The notes under the pieces were generated by a model that ran no database searches, was not told the origin of the DNA, and saw only the letters and a program-made list of their open reading frames with translations. The position numbers and the translations under genes were made by a program. Of a stretch of 64,000 bases of DNA, positions 59,738 to 64,000 are shown one piece after another; position 1 is the stretch's first letter; every line of letters starts with the position of its first letter. Origin of the DNA: Chthonomonadaceae bacterium (lineage in GTDB: Bacteria > Armatimonadota > Chthonomonadetes > Chthonomonadales > Chthonomonadaceae); assembly GCA_035650735.1 (NCBI GenBank), contig DASRGZ010000143.1:1-64000 (forward strand). Direction: 5' to 3'.

Positions 59738-60070
59738 TTTTGACCCCTTCTGAGGGGTACGACTCCATAGCTTGTACCCACTTGTCCGCCGTTAGAATCG
59801 GGGTTTGTACCCCTCACATCCCCATTTTTTATCACTACGCGGCCCGGCACAAAAGCGGAAGGCTGCGTAGTTATTTTTTGTGTGTATTGCGCTACGGTCT
59901 TGGCTATCAAACGCTTATATGGGCAGGTGGGAACGCAAAGCATCGCGAATCAGAGTCTCAGAAAGCACCCGACACATAGGCTGGCAACACACAAGGACAA
60001 AATGCTGATAACTCCCATAGTGATCCAAATTGGCGTCGTCCAGTCTGTTGAAGGCGTTGCTCCTGCGATT

Positions 60071-60379
60071 TTAACCTCCAGTATTATGATAAGCAAGATA
60101 ATCCAGCAGCAGCAGCCAAAACCATCCCCACAGGCCCAGGCCGATCCTGAAGTAACGCCACATGGAACCGGGTTCATCCCAAATCCATCGTATCGGCACA
60201 CTGCTGCTGAGTAAAGGCGCTGGCGATGCAGCCTGCATCTGCAAGGTTGACTGGATAGTTGGCTGCGGAGGAGAAGGTTGCTGCGAAGGCGGGCGCTGAT
60301 CGGCCCCACAGTGCCTACAAAAGACATCAGATAGATCAAGGGGCTGCTTACACTTGATGCAGTAGACCGGATTGACCAT
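60071..60379 (-). CDS. Zinc-ribbon membrane protein (possibly frameshifted)
   Basis: AGGAG RBS; CIKC..FCRHCG, P/Q linker, hydrophobic end. Confidence 0.55.
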   Translation of the reverse strand: MVNPVYCIKCKQPLDLSDVFCRHCGADQRPPSQQPSPPQPTIQSTLQMQAASPAPLLSSSVPIRWIWDEPGSMWRYFRIGLGLWGWFWLLLLDYLAYHNTGG

Positions 60380-60614
60380 TGCTGCTTGTTCTCCTGGGGT
60401 TGTATGGTCGGTCTTACTACTGTGATGGGTCGCATTCTCTCTTTCGATACAGGCCAGCAATTCTCCTGCTGTTGATGGATTTCCACTGCTTACTCGGTTG
60501 GATCACGGAGGATGACGCTGGCAACCTTCAAGGGATCAAAAGCATCGCGCCTATCCTCCAGTCTGGCACTCTCATAGCGAATACGGTAGTAGTAATGAGC
60601 ATTGTTGGGTTTCT

Positions 60615-60848
60615 CTAAGCCACCAACGATAGCGCAGGCCCAGTGTTGATAGCCTGGGTTGAGATCACTACGATATGTTCGTCTAGGGCGGCTTTAAGTG
60701 TTTCAATGAAAACGGCCACCGCTTGGTCACGCCGTCTGCGAATGGCAACAGGTGTAGGCGCGTTAGCGCGCGCCGCTAAGTAATCAGCCTGTGCTGCCTT
60801 CACTTCGTCAAGCGCCCCCTGAAGGCGGGCCTCCATCTCTGTGTCCAT
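60615..60848 (-). CDS. Small helical hypothetical protein
   Basis: GGGAGAG RBS, protein-like composition. Confidence 0.55.
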   Translation of the reverse strand: MDTEMEARLQGALDEVKAAQADYLAARANAPTPVAIRRRRDQAVAVFIETLKAALDEHIVVISTQAINTGPALSLVA

Positions 60849-61059
60849 GTTCTCTCTCCCTTTAGCACCGTACCGCTCAAACGCATCGCAATGGCTCACC
60901 CGACCGAGGGGAGCAGCCAAGAAAGGACGAACGAGGTAGCAGTCCTTGTTAATGTGAACATTGTAGCGAGCGAAGAGAAAGTTGTCAATGGACTAATTAC
61001 CGCACGGCGCATCCTCTCCAACACGCTCTTGCCCGTTCGTGAACACCAACCAAACCCAG

Positions 61060-61167
61060 GTCACCACTGCGTTTCCCTCCGCCAGAGCCTTCGCTGGATC
61101 CTCCTCCCGCAGCGCCTCCAGGATAGCGCCTCGTCACCACTGCGTTTCCCTCCGCCAGAGCCTTCGC
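61060..61167. repeat. Two-unit 35-bp perfect direct repeat (73-bp period)
   Basis: GTCACCACTGCGTTTCCCTCCGCCAGAGCCTTCGC at 61060 and 61133. Confidence 0.85.
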
Positions 61168-61306
61168 AGGATTGACGCGGTTCTGGAGAGAACCCGGTTG
61201 GGCGGAGAAACCCAACCGGGCCTTACTGCTGCCTGCCGGAGAGGGAGGAGAGAGGCCCTTAGCGGCAGGGCGGAGGACAGGGGAACGCGCCGACTACAGG
61301 GGCCGC

Positions 61307-61690
61307 TTACTTCTTGACCGACCAGGCTCTCTCTACGCGCTCCAGATACGCCTCAATCTCCTCCTCGGCCCGCGCTGCCCGCGCATCCCGGTCACGCTCC
61401 CGACGCATATACTCCCGCATGTGCTCCACACACGCACTGATCTTGACCTGGATGCTGTTTTCCACATCCTCCCGCAGACGCGCTGCCTCCGCTTCCAACC
61501 AGATGGCTTTTTTGTAAAGGGAGAGACGCACGGCCTGCTCTCCGAGGGCCACACAGGCATCACAGATATAGCCGATCCAGTCAGCATCGCGCTCATAGGC
61601 AGCGGCCACATGCCCTAACTCAAACAGATGCCCACAGACATAGCAGCGGTGGTCATCAAAGACATTGCTGGCGAGCAAACGGATGTCCAT
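61307..61690 (-). CDS. Zinc-ribbon (CxxC-23-CxxC) plus coiled-coil hypothetical protein
   Basis: AAGGAG RBS; RCYVC..IGYICDAC; paralog of 19356-19802. Confidence 0.7.
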   Translation of the reverse strand: MDIRLLASNVFDDHRCYVCGHLFELGHVAAAYERDADWIGYICDACVALGEQAVRLSLYKKAIWLEAEAARLREDVENSIQVKISACVEHMREYMRRERDRDARAARAEEEIEAYLERVERAWSVKK

Positions 61691-62384
61691 CTTGGTGCTC
61701 CTTTCCCGCGCGCAAAGAGCGCGGCTCACAAAAGGGGATACGCCTCTGGGAGAACGTGGGCACGCAACAGAGGCGCAGTGCCCGCGCTCACCCATCGGCA
61801 GGAGCATTAGGGAGGGCAGAAACAACAAAGCCACCAGGCGCATTAGCGTCCGGTGGCTCAACAAGGGAGATGGGAGGGAGTACAGTCTCAGGATAGGGAG
61901 ACCTTGTTTCGGAAGGCGAGACTTCCGCGCATTGAGGCTTATGCCTCAAGCACCGCTGGCATCTCCTGGCCCGGTTGCTGGATGCTCTGCTGAGCATCGC
62001 TCCTAATGCATCTCCTAGTATAGCGCATAAGTGGTCTTTTGTCAACCGATTTCCTTTTTTTATTTTGTCGTCTTCCCTATCCATCTGGTTTCGAGTATTT
62101 GACTTAAGGAGATGGTGGATGCCTCAGCCGGAGACACTGACGGTGAAATTCCGGTGTCTTTTCCGCAGGATTCTCCGTCCGGCTGTTGAATAGAGAGGCG
62201 ATCTGTTGCGGCGCTCCGTGTGCGGCCTCATGGCAGCACTTTGTCCCCTTCCTGGCAAACAGAGATAGGATGCTCTGCCTGGGTTTCCGCTTGCACTCGC
62301 CTGCCCGGAGTCTGCCCGTCAGAAAGGAATTGCTGGGGCCACTCGCGCCATTTTTCCCTCACGATACAGGTGACGACCACAGCC

Positions 62385-64000
62385 ATGCCGGATAATATTT
62401 TGCTCTCTCTCGTGGGCCAACGGGTGCCGCTGCCAGGACATTTCGATGTTCCCGTCCTCCTGGAGCATGTCCGTCCCCTGGCAACGGGCTTTGAGTGCCG
62501 CGTCCGCCTGCCCGATGGCAGGTTAGAAGAAGCCGTTCTCTCCTCCTCGGAAGCCCAGGCATTGGCAGGCAGGAGCGCCGTACCCACGCAAAGCGCGTGC
62601 CCTGCCCAGGCTGAGCAGCTGCGCTTGTTGATTGAGTCGGCCCGTATCCGGCTGGCCTATGCCCACGACCCCCAGTTTGCCGTCTCCCTCTCCGGCATCC
62701 GCACGCTGCCCCACCAGATTGAGGCGGTCTACCAGAAGATGCTGCCCCAGCCGCGCCTGCGCTTCCTCCTGGCCGACGATCCCGGCGCAGGCAAGACCAT
62801 TATGACGGGGCTGCTCATCAAGGAGATGAAACTGCGGGAGGCCATCGAGCGCGTCCTGATCCTCTGCCCGGCCCCCCTGACGATCCAGTGGCAGGATGAG
62901 ATGCTACGCTGGTTCGACGAGCCGTTCGACATCCTCTTTGCGGCGGTGGATCAGCAGCAACTCACCGACCCCTGGCAACGGTGTTCCCAGGTGATCGCCT
63001 CCCTGGACTACGCCAAGCAGGAGGAGGTGCGGGAGCGGGTCTGGCAGCAACGGTGGGACTTGGTGGTCATTGACGAGGCGCATAAATGCTCTGCCTACAC
63101 CAAGTCCCAATCAGGTCGGAACCCGGAAGCCGAAGAGACGAAACGCTATCAACTGGCAAAGAAACTCACGGCGCTGGCCGATCATGTGGTGCTGCTGACG
63201 GCCACGCCGCATCATGGCGATGAAGACCGCTTCGCCCATTTCGTCCGGCTCATTGACCCTGACCTGTTCCCGGAACCCCACCGGCTCGGCCATCAGGCCC
63301 AAGAGATTCGGAAGTCCGTCTTTCGGCTGGGCGCGGAGTGCCCCTGGGCGCTGCGCCGAATGAAGGAAGACCTGCGTGACCTCAACGGGCGCCGCCTCTT
63401 CCCCGACCGGCACGCCCTGACCGTTGCCTTCACCTTAAACCGTGCCGAATACGCGCTCTACAAGGCGGTAACGGCCTACATTAACGAGTTTATCCCCCAG
63501 CAGACCGGGCAGCGGAGAAGCAGCGCGGCGCTGGCCCGTACCGTGTTGCAGCGCCGCCTCGCCAGTTCGACCGCCGCCATCCATGAATCGCTCAAGCGCC
63601 GTCTGGAGAAGCAGCGGAACCTGCTGGAAGAACTGGAAAGCCTGACGCCCACCCAACGGGCCAGGCGGTTGGCGCGGACACAGGGACGCCTGCCAGACGC
63701 GGAGCAGGAAGAGGACGACCTGGACGAGGCCGCGCGTGATGTCGTGGTGGACGAGTACACAGCGGCACAGGAACTCGACCAGATGCGCCGGGAGGTCGCG
63801 GTCTTGAAGGAGTTGGCGGAGCAGGCCCGCCAGGTACGGGAGCAGGCCAGCGACTCCAAACTGGCTGCGCTCAAGAAGTGCCTGTCCCACTCGCAGTTCG
63901 CTGACCTAAAGGACGGGCGCGGGAAGCTGCTCCTGTTTACCGAGCACAAGGACACGCTGGATGCCGTGCGGGAGGTGCTGCACCGCTGGGGCTACTCTAC
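62385..64000 (+). CDS. SNF2-family helicase, partial (runs off the window; absent from the ORF track)
   Basis: Manual translation from ATG 62385: MPDNILL..LPHQIEAVY..FLLADDPGAGKT..VIDEAHK..LLTATP..RRLASS..LFTEHKDT. Confidence 0.9.
   Translation, partial: MPDNILLSLVGQRVPLPGHFDVPVLLEHVRPLATGFECRVRLPDGRLEEAVLSSSEAQALAGRSAVPTQSACPAQAEQLRLLIESARIRLAYAHDPQFAVSLSGIRTLPHQIEAVYQKMLPQPRLRFLLADDPGAGKTIMTGLLIKEMKLREAIERVLILCPAPLTIQWQDEMLRWFDEPFDILFAAVDQQQLTDPWQRCSQVIASLDYAKQEEVRERVWQQRWDLVVIDEAHKCSAYTKSQSGRNPEAEETKRYQLAKKLTALADHVVLLTATPHHGDEDRFAHFVRLIDPDLFPEPHRLGHQAQEIRKSVFRLGAECPWALRRMKEDLRDLNGRRLFPDRHALTVAFTLNRAEYALYKAVTAYINEFIPQQTGQRRSSAALARTVLQRRLASSTAAIHESLKRRLEKQRNLLEELESLTPTQRARRLARTQGRLPDAEQEEDDLDEAARDVVVDEYTAAQELDQMRREVAVLKELAEQARQVREQASDSKLAALKKCLSHSQFADLKDGRGKLLLFTEHKDTLDAVREVLHRWGYS

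Noticed and set aside
61060..61167. CRISPR array
   Set aside because: Two units only, no leader or cas genes, and the repeat reads as a protein fragment
62729..63955. Minus-strand ORFs at the window end
   Set aside because: Antisense shadows of the plus-strand SNF2 helicase

Overview
GC-rich bacterial chromosomal window. DUF1559/H-X9-DG pilin-like genes, a DUF6785-type membrane protein and the overall gene set suggest Armatimonadota (inference). Housekeeping and metabolic genes include pgi, pyrG, xylA, nrdR-nrdJ, xerD, an HtrA protease, an FKBP and tRNA-Thr(UGU). There is a carbohydrate-related neighbourhood (GntR/LacI regulator, two pilin-like genes each paired with a small membrane protein, GH78, xylA), a GT4/dehydrogenase/GH1-like cluster, and an apparently lower-GC island after the tRNA leading into a SNF2 helicase. 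Main observations: (1) a hidden exported CxxU selenoprotein candidate at 300-884 with an in-frame UGA and SECIS-like hairpin, truncated in the ORF track; (2) nrdJ with three inteins, one carrying an HNH/NUMOD3 nuclease directly after the thiyl-radical Cys; (3) an 82-bp MITE with IS1-like ends and 8-bp target duplications, one copy rewriting a gene's C-terminus; (4) a repeated pilin-like plus small membrane partner module; (5) several palindromic repeat families and two promoter-led sRNA candidates. All calls come from reading motifs by eye; no searches were run.
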